Notes under the pieces: generated by a model
Database searches by the model: none
What the model was told of the DNA's origin: nothing
Seen by the model: the letters and a program-made list of their open reading frames with translations, nothing else
Source: Nitrospirota bacterium
GTDB lineage: Bacteria > Nitrospirota > JACRHJ01
Assembly (NCBI GenBank): GCA_963845245.1
Contig: CAWJRJ010000017.1
Coordinates: 1 to 64,000 of the forward strand
Direction of reading: 5' to 3'
Length of the DNA stretch: 64,000 nt
Shown: positions 28,189-38,859 of the stretch, piece by piece
Layout of the letters: the number at the start of each line of letters is the position of its first letter
How positions within the stretch are numbered: position 1 is the stretch's first letter
Program-made: the position numbers and the translations under genes

Positions 28189-28686
28189 ATGCGAGTTTTA
28201 GGTATCGACCCCGGCTCGGTAACGAGCGGGTACGGCATAGTGGACGAGGAGGGCAGCACGATATCCTATGTCGGCTGCGGCGGGATATCATCTCCCTCCA
28301 AACTCGCCTTCCCCGAGCGGTTGAAAAGGATATACGACGGGCTTGAGGCTGTAATAAGGGAGCACAGGCCGGAGGCCGTCGCGGTGGAGAGCATCTTCTT
28401 CGCGAAGAACGTGCAGTCTGCCCTGAAGCTCGGCCACGCGCGCGGCGTCGCGCTCCTTGCCGCGATGAACTTCGACCTGCCGGTGTTCGAGTACACTGCG
28501 CTTGAGATCAAGCAGGCGGTGGTGGGCTACGGGCAGGCGGAGAAGGCGCAGGTGCAGAAGATGGTTATGGCGCTGCTGAAGGTGAAGTCGATTCCCGGCC
28601 CGCATGACGCATCGGACGCGCTCGCCGCCGCCATCTGCCACATCCACAGCGCCCGCATGAAGAAGGTCGTTGATAGGAAGAGATGA
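28189..28686 (+). CDS. ruvC: Holliday junction resolvase RuvC
   Basis: LGIDPG, LGHARG, DASDALA. Confidence 0.95.
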   Translation: MRVLGIDPGSVTSGYGIVDEEGSTISYVGCGGISSPSKLAFPERLKRIYDGLEAVIREHRPEAVAVESIFFAKNVQSALKLGHARGVALLAAMNFDLPVFEYTALEIKQAVVGYGQAEKAQVQKMVMALLKVKSIPGPHDASDALAAAICHIHSARMKKVVDRKR

Positions 28687-28696
28687 ACCCCCGGTC

Positions 28697-28745
28697 ACCC
28701 TCACCCGGCGCGTTGCGCCACCCTCTCCCATTGCAGGGCGAGGGT
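28697..28745. repeat. Palindromic repeat, copy 2
   Basis: ACCCTCACCCGG...CCCTCTCCCATTGCAGGGCGAGGGT. Confidence 0.7.
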
Positions 28746-28759
28746 TAACTGAGGAATAC

Positions 28760-29359
28760 ATGATTGCCCTGATCAATGGCCGCCTCATCTCAAAGTCTCC
28801 CGGCATCGCAATCATAGACGTGGGCGGCCTGGGGTATCAGGTGCACATCCCGCTCTCATGCTTCTATGAGCTGCCCGAACCCGGCGCTAGCATTACGCTC
28901 CATGTCCATACGCACGTCCGCGAGGACGCGCTCCAGCTTTTCGGGTTCCTTTCCACCAAAGAAAAAGAACTCTTCCTCGCCCTCATGTCCATATCCGGCG
29001 TCGGCCCGAAGCTCGCGCTCAACATCATATCCGGCATGCCGTTCGACGTGCTGGTTGACGCCATAATGCGTGGCGACGAGAAGAAGGTCGCGACCATCCC
29101 CGGCATCGGCGGCAAGACCGCCGCGAGGCTCGTCCTTGAGCTTAAGGACAAGGTCGCCAAGCTCGGGACTATGGCAGGCGGCCCGTGCGCCATTTCGTCC
29201 GCACCCAACACGCAAAAAGAAGAAGCAATCTCCGCGCTGGTGAACCTCGGCTACAAGAAGAATTTCGCGGAGGAGGCGGTCAAGAGGGTGTGCGCTGGGG
29301 CGGAGGATATGTCGATTGAGACGCTTATCAGGGAGGCGTTAAAGTTATTGTCGAAATAA
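28760..29359 (+). CDS. ruvA: RuvA
   Basis: MIALING, VREDALQLFGF, ISGVGPK, IPGIG.KTAARL. Confidence 0.95.
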   Translation: MIALINGRLISKSPGIAIIDVGGLGYQVHIPLSCFYELPEPGASITLHVHTHVREDALQLFGFLSTKEKELFLALMSISGVGPKLALNIISGMPFDVLVDAIMRGDEKKVATIPGIGGKTAARLVLELKDKVAKLGTMAGGPCAISSAPNTQKEEAISALVNLGYKKNFAEEAVKRVCAGAEDMSIETLIREALKLLSK

Positions 29360-29371
29360 TCGGAGAATAAA

Positions 29372-30430
29372 ATGAAACTATGCCTTGTGGTATTTAGCTT
29401 CCTTTTTCTATTGCAAGTAGCGCTTGTTCAAAGCTCTCCCGCCCAGGATTCCGATTTAAACGGAAATGCCCTATATAATAAAATTTCAAAGTTAACGCCA
29501 TCCGATGTTAGTGAGCTTGAGAAAAAAGTAACCTCCAATTCTGGCGACATTGAAAGCCGGGAATCCCTTCTAATATACTATGGACTTCATTCAACAGAAA
29601 AGGGCTTAGAGAAAAACAAGGCTAAGCACGTTCTTTGGATTATTGAAAATATGCCTGAATCCACAATAGCCGGACTCCCCTTCATTTCATTAGATCCTTT
29701 TTTTGACGGAGATTCATTTTTTGAAGCTAAACAGCTCTGGAAGAAAAAAGTTGGTGAAAATCCGGATAATATAAAGATACTTGCCAATGCGGCAAACTTT
29801 TGTTCTTTATATGATAGGGAAGCGGCAAAGGAATACTTGGAAAAATTGAAGAAACTCGAACCGGAAAGACCAGAATGGCAAAAGCGCCTCGGTGAACTGG
29901 CATTAACGGATGCGATGATGGAAACTGTCACAGCCAAGAACCCGGAACAATGCGCAGAGGCCCTCAAGAAAATCGAGGCCTCTGTTAAAATGGCTGGCGG
30001 TAATGACAACAGGTTTTATTCATTGGGCGACATGGCAAGACTGGCTTTAGATTCCGGGGATATTAAAAAAGCAACTGAGTATTCAAATGAATTATTAACA
30101 ATGGCTCCAACATTTAAAGATGATTGGAATTATGGGAATGCAATACATGATGGGCATACCATATTAGGGCGAATAGCTCTAAAAAATGGGGATATCGAAA
30201 AAGCAAAAGAACACTTAATAGAATCAGGAAAAACCGACGGATCACCTCAACTTAACTCTTTCGGTCCTTCAATGGACCTTGCCAAGAAGTTGATGGAACG
30301 TGGTGAGAAAGATGTCGTTATTCAGTATCTTGAACTTTGCAAAGGATTTTGGGAAATGAGTAATGGAACCTTAGAACGATGGATAAATGAAATCCGTACT
30401 TCCGGCAGTACAAAATTTAGTAAATATTAA
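29372..30430 (+). CDS. Secreted TPR-like helical repeat protein (AT-rich)
   Basis: Signal peptide; WNYGNAIH...LGRIAL...SPQLNSFGP. Confidence 0.7.
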   Translation: MKLCLVVFSFLFLLQVALVQSSPAQDSDLNGNALYNKISKLTPSDVSELEKKVTSNSGDIESRESLLIYYGLHSTEKGLEKNKAKHVLWIIENMPESTIAGLPFISLDPFFDGDSFFEAKQLWKKKVGENPDNIKILANAANFCSLYDREAAKEYLEKLKKLEPERPEWQKRLGELALTDAMMETVTAKNPEQCAEALKKIEASVKMAGGNDNRFYSLGDMARLALDSGDIKKATEYSNELLTMAPTFKDDWNYGNAIHDGHTILGRIALKNGDIEKAKEHLIESGKTDGSPQLNSFGPSMDLAKKLMERGEKDVVIQYLELCKGFWEMSNGTLERWINEIRTSGSTKFSKY

Positions 30431-30480
30431 TATACAGCCAAATATTCGCTATACTAAAAGAAAAATACAGGAGGCTCCTT

Positions 30481-31600
30481 ATGTGCCGTCCCATTCTCAT
30501 TTTTCTTTTAATCTTAGCCCTCTGCCCCCTCTTCCTCGCCAACGCCTTCGCCTCCGACAGTAATCTCGACAAGATAAAGCTCCCGCCCGGTTTCCATATA
30601 TCCCTGTACACCGACAAGGTCCCCGGCGCGCGCTCCATGACGCTCGGCGACAAGGGCACGCTGTTCGTCGGCACGCGGGACGACAGGGTATACGCGGTGG
30701 TGGACAAAAACCATGACGGCGTAGCGGACGAGGTATACGTTATCGCGAAAGGCTACAACGAGCCGAACGGCGTGGCGTTTAAGGACGGCTCGCTATATGT
30801 CGCGGAGATAAACCGGGTGCTGAGGTTCGACAAGATCGAAGACCGCCTCGCAAACCCGCCAAGGCCGTTCGTAATATACGACAAATACCCCGACAAGACG
30901 CACCACGGCTGGAAGTTCATCCGGTTCGGGCCGGACGGCAAGCTGTATGTGCCAATCGGCGCGCCGTGCAACATATGCGATCCCGGCGACCCGTTCGCAT
31001 CCATTACCCGCATAAACCCGGACGGCACCGGGTTCGAGATATTCGCGCGTGGGATAAGGAACACGGTGGGGTTCGACTGGGACCCGCTGACGAAGGAGCT
31101 ATGGTTCACGGACAACGGGCGCGACTGGATGGGAGACGACAAGCCGCCGGACGAGCTGAACCACGCGCCAAGGAAGGGCATGCACTTCGGTTTCCCGTAC
31201 TGGCACGGGAAGGACATACCCGACCCTCAATACGGCAAGGGCCACAAGGCTTCAGAGTTTGTACTGCCCGAGGTTGAGCTTCCCGCGCATGTGGCCGCGC
31301 TGGGGATGCGGTTCTACACAGGGAGCATGTTCCCGCCGGAGTACAAGGATAATATATTCATCGCGGAGCACGGGTCGTGGAACAGGAGCACACCAATCGG
31401 ATACCGGGTCGAGTGCGTTACCCTCGACAAGGCCAGAAAGCCTGTAAAACGCGAAGTATTTGCCGAAGGTTGGCTGCAAGGCGGTAGCCCCTGGGGGCGG
31501 CCTGTGGACGTGCAGGTGATGCCGGACGGGGCGCTCCTGGTGTCTGACGACTATGCGGGGTGCGATTTATCGTATAGTCTATGATAGAGCGAAAAAATAA
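30481..31600 (+). CDS. PQQ-dependent sugar/sorbosone dehydrogenase family (probable C-terminal frameshift)
   Basis: FGPDGKLY, GAPCN, GIRNTVG, AEHGSWNR, GRPVDV. Confidence 0.85.
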
Positions 31601-31797
31601 AACTAATATCAGAAGTCCTGCAGCGTAGACGTACGCATCCATGTTTTTCTTTATGTATAAAGTACTTTTAACGCTGTTGCCATGTGTTTCAAGAAATGCC
31701 TACAATCATTTTGATGTTGCAAAAATAACCCATTTGGGCTATGTTAATAACAGTTATCAAACCGAAGTCATTATTAACTTATTTCTGCCAACCCCCC

Positions 31798-33076
31798 ATG
31801 GAAGAATTAAGCGTACCCCTGTTCGACATGGTCAACCTGCCTGTCCGATGTCGTTGACCTTGTAAGCCCCCTCGTCAGCAACCACCACAAGCGTGTCGCC
31901 TTCATAAGCTCAAGCATAGCGGAAGAGTACGGACTTCCGGAAGAGGACCAGTCCGAGTTGCTTATGGCCGGGTCCCTTCATGATATAGGCGCCATCTCGC
32001 TTCAGGAAAGATTCAAGACCCTCAAAGTTTGATGACGAATCGCCACAGAGGCATTCGGAATTCGGATACAGATATCTTTGCTCCTTTGAGCCGTTTAAAA
32101 ATATTGCGGAAATCATACGATATCCACCACTTCCCATGGGATGGCGGAGGAGGTATCCTGGTCGGGAAAAACAATATACCCATCGGATGCCATGTCTTGC
32201 ATCTGGCCGACCGGGTCGACGCCCTTATCGACCGCCGGCATGCCATTGCCCCTCAGATTACCGAGATTTGCGAAAAGATAAACGGCGATTCCGGGAAAAA
32301 GTTTAAACCCGGGCTTGTTAAGGCATTTCAAAGCCTTGCCCGTAAAAAATCATTCTGGCTTGATGCAACGTCTCCGACAATAAAAACCATCCTGGCAAGG
32401 AGGGCGGCGAAAGGCGCGACCCTTGAGGTGGACGAGAAGGGCTTGATGAGCCTTGCAAAGCTGTTCGGGAGGATAATAGATTTCAGGAGCCGGTTTACAG
32501 CCGTGCATTCAAGCGGGGTTGCGGCCTGCTGCTGAGGCCATGGCAAGGATGTCAGGGATGCCGGAGCCGGAGTGCTGGCAGATCAGGGTGGCGGGATATC
32601 TCCACGACGTTGGAAAGCTTGCCATCCCAAAGGAAATAATAGAAAAGGGCGGCAAGCTGAACGAAGAGGAATTCAATACGCTGAAGAGCCACCCGTACCA
32701 TACCTTCAGGACACTTGAAAACATCAAGGGCCTGGAGGTTATTAACGAATGGGCGTCGTTCCATCATGAGCGGCTGGACGGCTCAGGCTATCCGTTTTGT
32801 TTGAAGTCCAAAGAGCTTTCGCTGGGGTCGAGGATAGTATCTATTGCAGATGTATTCACCGCAATCATGGAAGACCGGCCGTACAGGCCGGGTATGGCTC
32901 CGGAAAGAGCCCTTGAGGTCCTTAAGAAGGACGCTTCAGAAAAATCCCTGGACTGGGGTCTTGTAGAGCTTCTTGAAGAAAATTTCGACGTTCTGAACAC
33001 GATGAGGAAAGATTCACAAGTGGAAGAACTTAAAGAATTCCAAGAGTTTTACCGTTTAGCCGAATTCGCAGGTTAA
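31798..33076 (+). CDS. Double HD/HD-GYP phosphohydrolase, paralog 1 (multiple frameshifts)
   Basis: MEELSVPLFDMV start; HDIG, HLADR, IIDFRSRFT, HDVGK, HHERLDGSGYP across frames. Confidence 0.75.
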
Positions 33077-33096
33077 TGGCCGGTTCCCTCTGATTT

Positions 33097-33125
33097 TTGA
33101 CAACTCTCGTCGTAATTAGTAAAAT
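33097..33125 (+). promoter_or_regulatory. sigma70 promoter
   Basis: TTGACA-N17-TAAAAT upstream of HD-GYP paralog 2. Confidence 0.65.
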
Positions 33126-33192
33126 TAAAGACATCGAAAGGTATTATAACCTTCCGTAACGATAGTATGCTATTCACCTAATGTGGTGTGAT

Positions 33193-34482
33193 ATGAAAAA
33201 GTCCATCCCGGATGTGCCGCTTTTCGACATGGTCATGTGCCTCTCAAACGCCTTTGACCTTATGAGCCCAGTGCTGGTTGACCACCACAGGCGCGTTGCG
33301 TACATTGCATCAGGCATAGGGGAGATGCTCGGGCTGTCCGGGGAGGCCGTGAGCGACCTTGTGATAGCGGGGCTTCTGCATGATGTAGGCGCTTTTTCAC
33401 TAAAAGACCGGCTTGAACTGGCGAAGTTTGAAGAATACTCGCCGGGCAACCACGCAGAGGTCGGTTACAGGTTTGCCAGGGAATTCAAACCATTTGAAAA
33501 GATAGCGGGTTCCATACGTTTCCACCATTACCCGTGGGATTTTGGCAATGGGGCCACTTTCAAGGACATGTCTGTGCCTATTGCCGGTCATATACTGCAC
33601 CTGGCCGACAGGATTGCAGTGTTAATAGACCCGAAAAGGCCGGTGCTTGGCCAAGCCTCCCGCGTTCGCGAAAAGATAAAAAGCGGAACCGGAGAAAATT
33701 TCGTCCCCGAATTCGTGGATGCGTTTCTTGAACTTTCTTTAAAAGAGTCATTCTGGCTGGACTCGATCAACGGTGCAGCCGGACAGGCGATTGAAGAGAG
33801 GGCAGGTACGGCAGGGATCAGGCTCGACCTTGATGGACTGGATAGCATTGCAAGGCTGTTCAGCCGTATCATAGATTTCAGAAGCCGTTTTACGGTAGTA
33901 CACTCAAGCGGCATAGCGGCCTGCGCAAAGGCAATGGCCGGCTTGGCGGGTATGTCCCAAAAGGACTGTAAACGGATGCGCATTGCGGGGTATCTGCACG
34001 ACCTTGGCAAACTGGCGGTCCCGACCGAGATACTGGAGAAAAAAGGAAAACTGAATGTCGCGGAGCGGAACGTAATAAAATGTCATACGTACCACACCTA
34101 CCGTGTCCTTGAGCCTATAGAAGGGTTTTCGGAGTTGAACGAATGGGCCGCCTACCACCACGAGCGCATGGATGGTATGGGCTACCCGTTCCATATCAAG
34201 GGTGAGGACCTATCTTTAGGGTCGCGTATAATGGCGGTTGTCGACACTTTCACCGCCATAACGGAGGACAGGCCTTACAGGGTTGGCATGGAACCCCAAA
34301 AAGTGCTTAAACTCCTGGAACGCATGGGGAACAACAAGGCGTTCGACGAGGATATCGTCTCGATAATAATCGAACATTTCGATGAGGTAAACGAGGTACG
34401 GATTGCAGCCCAGGCTGCTGTTAAAGGCGAGTACAAGGTATTTGGGATGCCTGCTGGCGCGCACCATGCAGCCGCCGGATGA
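33193..34482 (+). CDS. Double HD/HD-GYP phosphohydrolase, paralog 2
   Basis: HDVG...HHYPWD...HLADR, then HDLGK...HHERMDGMGYP. Confidence 0.9.
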   Translation: MKKSIPDVPLFDMVMCLSNAFDLMSPVLVDHHRRVAYIASGIGEMLGLSGEAVSDLVIAGLLHDVGAFSLKDRLELAKFEEYSPGNHAEVGYRFAREFKPFEKIAGSIRFHHYPWDFGNGATFKDMSVPIAGHILHLADRIAVLIDPKRPVLGQASRVREKIKSGTGENFVPEFVDAFLELSLKESFWLDSINGAAGQAIEERAGTAGIRLDLDGLDSIARLFSRIIDFRSRFTVVHSSGIAACAKAMAGLAGMSQKDCKRMRIAGYLHDLGKLAVPTEILEKKGKLNVAERNVIKCHTYHTYRVLEPIEGFSELNEWAAYHHERMDGMGYPFHIKGEDLSLGSRIMAVVDTFTAITEDRPYRVGMEPQKVLKLLERMGNNKAFDEDIVSIIIEHFDEVNEVRIAAQAAVKGEYKVFGMPAGAHHAAAG

Positions 34483-34542
34483 TAAAGGCAAACTTTACTT
34501 TTCTTTCGTGAAAGAAAAGAAACAAAAGAAAGCTGATATTTG

Positions 34543-34571
34543 GCCCGCTAGGGAACAGCGGGCTTTTTTTA
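34543..34571 (+). terminator. Intrinsic terminator
   Basis: GCCCGCT-loop-AGCGGGC followed by a T-run. Confidence 0.75.
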
Positions 34572-34649
34572 TGGCAAAAGGCCTGTTTTTTTGATAAGAT
34601 AGCCGTGCATAACCATCTTAAATAAAATCAGTTACTGGAAAGAAGAGAA

Positions 34650-35667
34650 TTGGACGAACGCATAATAGGCCCTGAAAAAATAGTGGACGACTTAAACCTC
34701 GACCTGGCTCTCCGGCCGCTCAGCTTCGACGAGTACGTCGGGCAGGACCGGGTGAAGGACAACCTCAAGGTGTTCATACAGGCGGCGCGGGAGCGCGGCG
34801 AGGCGCTGGACCATGTCCTTTTCTCCGGGCCTCCGGGCCTGGGCAAGACCACCCTTGCGCATATAATCGCGCGCGAGATGGGGGCCAACATAAAGACCAC
34901 CTCCGGGCCTGTCATTGAGCGAGCTGGAGACCTGGCGGCGATATTGACGAACCTTGAAAAGGGTGACGTGCTGTTCGTGGACGAGATACACCGCCTGAAC
35001 CGGGTGATCGAGGAGATCCTCTACCCGGCGATGGAGGACTACCAGCTTGATATAATAATCGGGCAAGGGCCGTCCGCGCGGTCTATAAAGCTCGACCTGC
35101 CGCCTTTCACGCTTGTGGGTGCGACCACCCGGGCCGGGCTGCTCACCTCACCGCTCCGGGAGCGGTTCGGGGTGCTGGCAAGGCTTGAGTTCTACCCGCC
35201 TGAGGACCTGAAAAGGATCATCACCCGCTCGGCAAAGCTTCTTGGGCATAGAGATAAACGACGACGGCGCTTATGAGATCGCGAGGCGTTCGCGCGGGAC
35301 GCCGAGGATAGCCAACAGGCTTCTGCGGCGGGTACGCGACTTCGCACAAGTGGCAGGCGGGGGCATCGTGGATATTCACGCCGCGAAGTCCGCGCTTGAG
35401 AGACTTGAGGTGGACGAGCGCGGGCTCGACTCGATGGATAAGAAGCTGCTGCTTACGATAATGGACAAGTTCGGTGGCGGGCCGGTGGGTGTTGACACTC
35501 TTGCCGCGGCAGTGGCCGAGGAACGCGATACGATAGAGGACGTTTACGAGCCATACTTGATCCAGGAGGGACTCATCGAGAGGACCCCGAGGGGTAGGCT
35601 TGTCACCCAGGCCGCATACGAGCATTACGGACGCAACAAAGGCGGCTTGCAGGGGAGGCTGATATGA
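34650..35667 (+). CDS. ruvB: RuvB (frameshift near 35245)
   Basis: [29 protein letters not shown]. Confidence 0.95.
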
Positions 35668-36236
35668 AAGTGCTTATGCACATTTGCTGCGGGCCGTGCC
35701 TTATATACCCGCTGAAGGTCTTGCGAGGGGAAGGCATTTCCGTTGACGGGTATTTCTACAACCCTAACATCCATCCGTACACCGAGTTCAAGAAACGCAT
35801 GGAATGCATGGAAGGCTATGCCGCAAGCGAGGGCCTGAGAGTTGTGAGCGAGGCCGGATACGATATCGAGGAGTACTTCAGAAAAACTGTCTGGAAAGAG
35901 GGCGAAGAGCGGTGCGCCTCGTGTTATGAGATGCGCCTGCGGAAGACCGCACAGATGGCCAAGGATGTCGGATACAACGCGTTCACTACGACACTTCTGT
36001 ACAGCAAATACCAGAAGCACGCCCTGATCGTGCAGGTGGCGAACGTTATCTCGGCGGAAATAGGGATACCGTTTCTGTACCGCGACTTCCGCGAGGGCTG
36101 GAAGGAAGGTCAGGACACTTCCCGCGAGATTGGGATGTACCGCCAGAAATACTGCGGTTGTGTATACAGCGAGAAAGAGCGGTATGTGAAGAAACAGCCG
36201 GTTACGGAAAGCGTTTTAGCGGACACCGAAGAATAA
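35664..36236 (+). CDS. queH: Epoxyqueuosine reductase QueH
   Basis: [27 protein letters not shown]. Confidence 0.9.
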   Translation: MKVLMHICCGPCLIYPLKVLRGEGISVDGYFYNPNIHPYTEFKKRMECMEGYAASEGLRVVSEAGYDIEEYFRKTVWKEGEERCASCYEMRLRKTAQMAKDVGYNAFTTTLLYSKYQKHALIVQVANVISAEIGIPFLYRDFREGWKEGQDTSREIGMYRQKYCGCVYSEKERYVKKQPVTESVLADTEE

Positions 36237-36276
36237 CAGTCAGCTATAATCCAGACGTTAAGGAGATAAACTTCTC

Positions 36277-36606
36277 ATGGAGAACAATGAATACGGCAAG
36301 CTGATTGATTTCCTCGGCAAAAAGTTTGAAAAGATAGATGAGAAATTCGAGAAAATAGATAAAAGGTTCGACGCAATGGAGGAAAAGTTTGCGACCAAAC
36401 TCGACCTCGAAGACTCAGAACGGCGCACAGGCATACTGATCGAGGAAGTCCATCACAAGATAGACCTAGTGATAGAAGGGCAGCAGGGCATAATCCAGAA
36501 GCTCGGCGGGCATATAGAGGAAAATGAGTCGGAACATAAACGGCTTGAGCACATGGTAATGGAAGACCGGGCGGACATTTACAACATAAAGAAGCGTTTA
36601 TCGTAG
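36277..36606 (+). CDS. Coiled-coil hypothetical protein
   Basis: AAGGAG RBS; heptad FEKIDEK repeats. Confidence 0.7.
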   Translation: MENNEYGKLIDFLGKKFEKIDEKFEKIDKRFDAMEEKFATKLDLEDSERRTGILIEEVHHKIDLVIEGQQGIIQKLGGHIEENESEHKRLEHMVMEDRADIYNIKKRLS

Positions 36607-36616
36607 GAGGCTTTGA

Positions 36617-37222
36617 ATGGAACTGATGGATGCGATAAAGAAAAGGCGCGCGATACGCAAGTACAAGCCTGACGCAATACCACAGGCCGCTATCGATATG
36701 ATACTTGAAGCCGCACGCCTTGCGCCATCAGGGGTCAACTCACAGCCCTGGAAGTTCAAGGTCGTGACAGACACTGAAATAAAAGAAAAGGTGTTCCTGG
36801 CCTCAAGGAACCAGAACCATATAAGACAGGCCCCGGCCGTATTAGTAATATGCGCCGATACGATGTCATATTCCAAGAGCCTGAAGATAAGGTTCAAGGA
36901 ACTGCTCGATAACGGTGTTATTACCCAGACCGACCTGAACGCCATGGGCTTGAACGTCCTGACTGAGGATGAAGAGAAAGAGCTTGCGAAATATGCGCCC
37001 CAGGCGGCGTTCAACACCGCGATAGCCACCGAGCACATGGCCCTGATGGCCGCGGAGCTTGGGCTTGGGACCTGCTGGGTACATCTGTTCGACAAGGATG
37101 CGATATCGAGGCTTTTCAGCCTGCCGTCATGGATTATGCCGGTGACGCTCATGCCGGTGGGCTATGCGGATGAAGAGCCGGAGCCACGGCCAAGGAAGGC
37201 CATGAAAGAGATTTTGTTTTAA
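36617..37222 (+). CDS. Nitroreductase family protein
   Basis: RRAIRKY, APSGVNSQPW, GLGTCWV. Confidence 0.9.
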   Translation: MELMDAIKKRRAIRKYKPDAIPQAAIDMILEAARLAPSGVNSQPWKFKVVTDTEIKEKVFLASRNQNHIRQAPAVLVICADTMSYSKSLKIRFKELLDNGVITQTDLNAMGLNVLTEDEEKELAKYAPQAAFNTAIATEHMALMAAELGLGTCWVHLFDKDAISRLFSLPSWIMPVTLMPVGYADEEPEPRPRKAMKEILF

Positions 37223-37287
37223 AAGGTTTGAAAATTAACTACGCATATAATATACTTCACGATTATTTTATTTAACTCGGATAAAAA

Positions 37288-38379
37288 ATGCTATTAAACG
37301 AATTTCTGGAAAATATTAAAGAGTACAAAAAGGCTGCCGAAGAGGGCGGCCCGCTTGAGGGATTGATCTCGCGCATCACGGCAGGCCTGAAGGCGGAAGA
37401 GCTTATCCCGGAGTTGGCCAAGACCACGGACGACCTTAAGGAGATAGAAGTCGAGCTGTTCGGCAAGAAGGGGCTCGTATCGCTTCTCAGGAAGAGCATC
37501 CCGCAGGAGGCCCCGGAACGCAGGAAGGATGCGGGCAGGGCGCTGAACGAGCTCAACGGCCTGTATGAAGGGGCGTTCAACGTCGTCCGCGACAGGCTTG
37601 CCGCACAGGAACGGGAGGCGAGACTTGCCGCCGAGCGCGTCGATATAACGCTGCCGGGCAGGCACGCCCCCATAGGACACTCACACCCTATCGCCCTCGT
37701 TACCGAGGAGGTAGTGAGTATATTCAAACGGATGGGTTTTTCGGTAGCGGAAGGGCCGGAGGTAGAGCTCGACTACTATAATTTTGAAACGCTGAACATG
37801 CCGAAGGACCATCCTGCACGCGACATGCAGGACACCTTCTATGTATCCGACGAGGTGGTGCTACGTACACATACCTCTCCGGTGCAGGTGCGCGTCATGA
37901 AGTCGAAGCGCCCACCCATACAGGTAATTGCGCCCGGGAAGGTATACCGCTGCGACGCCGACATATCGCACACGCCCATGTTCCATCAGGTGGAGGGGTT
38001 CATGGTGGACAAGGGCATAACGTTTGGCGACCTGAAAGGCGTCCTGGAGGCATTCTTCGTACAGATGTTCGGAGCGGGCACGGCAACGAGGTTTCGCCCG
38101 AGCTTTTTTCCCTTCACCGAGCCTTCGGCCGAGGTGGACATCCAGTGCGTCATGTGCGGCGGCTCGGGATGCCGGGTGTGCAAGAACACCGGCTGGCTTG
38201 AGATAATGGGCTGCGGCATGGTAGACCCCGAGGTATTCCGAGGCGTCGGGTACGACCCCGAGGAGTTCACCGGGTTTGCATTCGGGATGGGCATCGAGCG
38301 CATCGCCATGCTTAAGTACAGCATAGACGATATCCGCCTCTTTTATGAAAACGACCTCAGATTTATCCGCCAATTCTAA
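37288..38379 (+). CDS. pheS: Phenylalanine-tRNA ligase alpha subunit
   Basis: HPARDMQDTF, RTHTSPVQ, FPFTEPS, GFAFGMGIER. Confidence 0.97.
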   Translation: MLLNEFLENIKEYKKAAEEGGPLEGLISRITAGLKAEELIPELAKTTDDLKEIEVELFGKKGLVSLLRKSIPQEAPERRKDAGRALNELNGLYEGAFNVVRDRLAAQEREARLAAERVDITLPGRHAPIGHSHPIALVTEEVVSIFKRMGFSVAEGPEVELDYYNFETLNMPKDHPARDMQDTFYVSDEVVLRTHTSPVQVRVMKSKRPPIQVIAPGKVYRCDADISHTPMFHQVEGFMVDKGITFGDLKGVLEAFFVQMFGAGTATRFRPSFFPFTEPSAEVDIQCVMCGGSGCRVCKNTGWLEIMGCGMVDPEVFRGVGYDPEEFTGFAFGMGIERIAMLKYSIDDIRLFYENDLRFIRQF

Positions 38380-38837
38380 TGAAACCAACCAGGATGTTCC
38401 TCTCACAGAGGAGGATGAACGAAGCCATAGCATACTGCGTCATTATAGACATAGTACTGGGCTTCATACTGAAGAGGTTCCAGGCCAACCACACCAGCCC
38501 GGTTATCTTTCTATACGTTATCAACTTTTTCGTGCTGGCCGGGGTATACCGTTTCTGGAAGATGCCCCTTTTTGCATGGGACCACTCCGGGTTTATCTTT
38601 TTCGGGATATCCCCGTTCAAGAAAGACATAGGAGTCTGGAAGTATGCCGAGAAGGCCGGGTTCAAGCTCATAAAGGACAAAAAGGGCCGCGAGCGTGAAT
38701 ACCTCATAATCATATATACGAACACAAAGGGCCGGTCCAGGACCGGCGCGGTGCCAATGGATATTGTCGGTTTCTCGGATAGCCTCAAAAAAGAGTTGCA
38801 GGAATTCTTAAAAAGCAATCAGATAAAGCCGCTCTGA
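38379..38837 (+). CDS. Hypothetical membrane protein
   Basis: Two TM segments; inserted between pheS and pheT. Confidence 0.65.
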   Translation: MKPTRMFLSQRRMNEAIAYCVIIDIVLGFILKRFQANHTSPVIFLYVINFFVLAGVYRFWKMPLFAWDHSGFIFFGISPFKKDIGVWKYAEKAGFKLIKDKKGREREYLIIIYTNTKGRSRTGAVPMDIVGFSDSLKKELQEFLKSNQIKPL

Positions 38838-38859
38838 GTTTAATAAAGGACAGGGATAA

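Noticed and set aside
31600..31797. c-di-GMP riboswitch upstream of the HD-GYP genes
   Set aside because: No GEMM consensus elements found.
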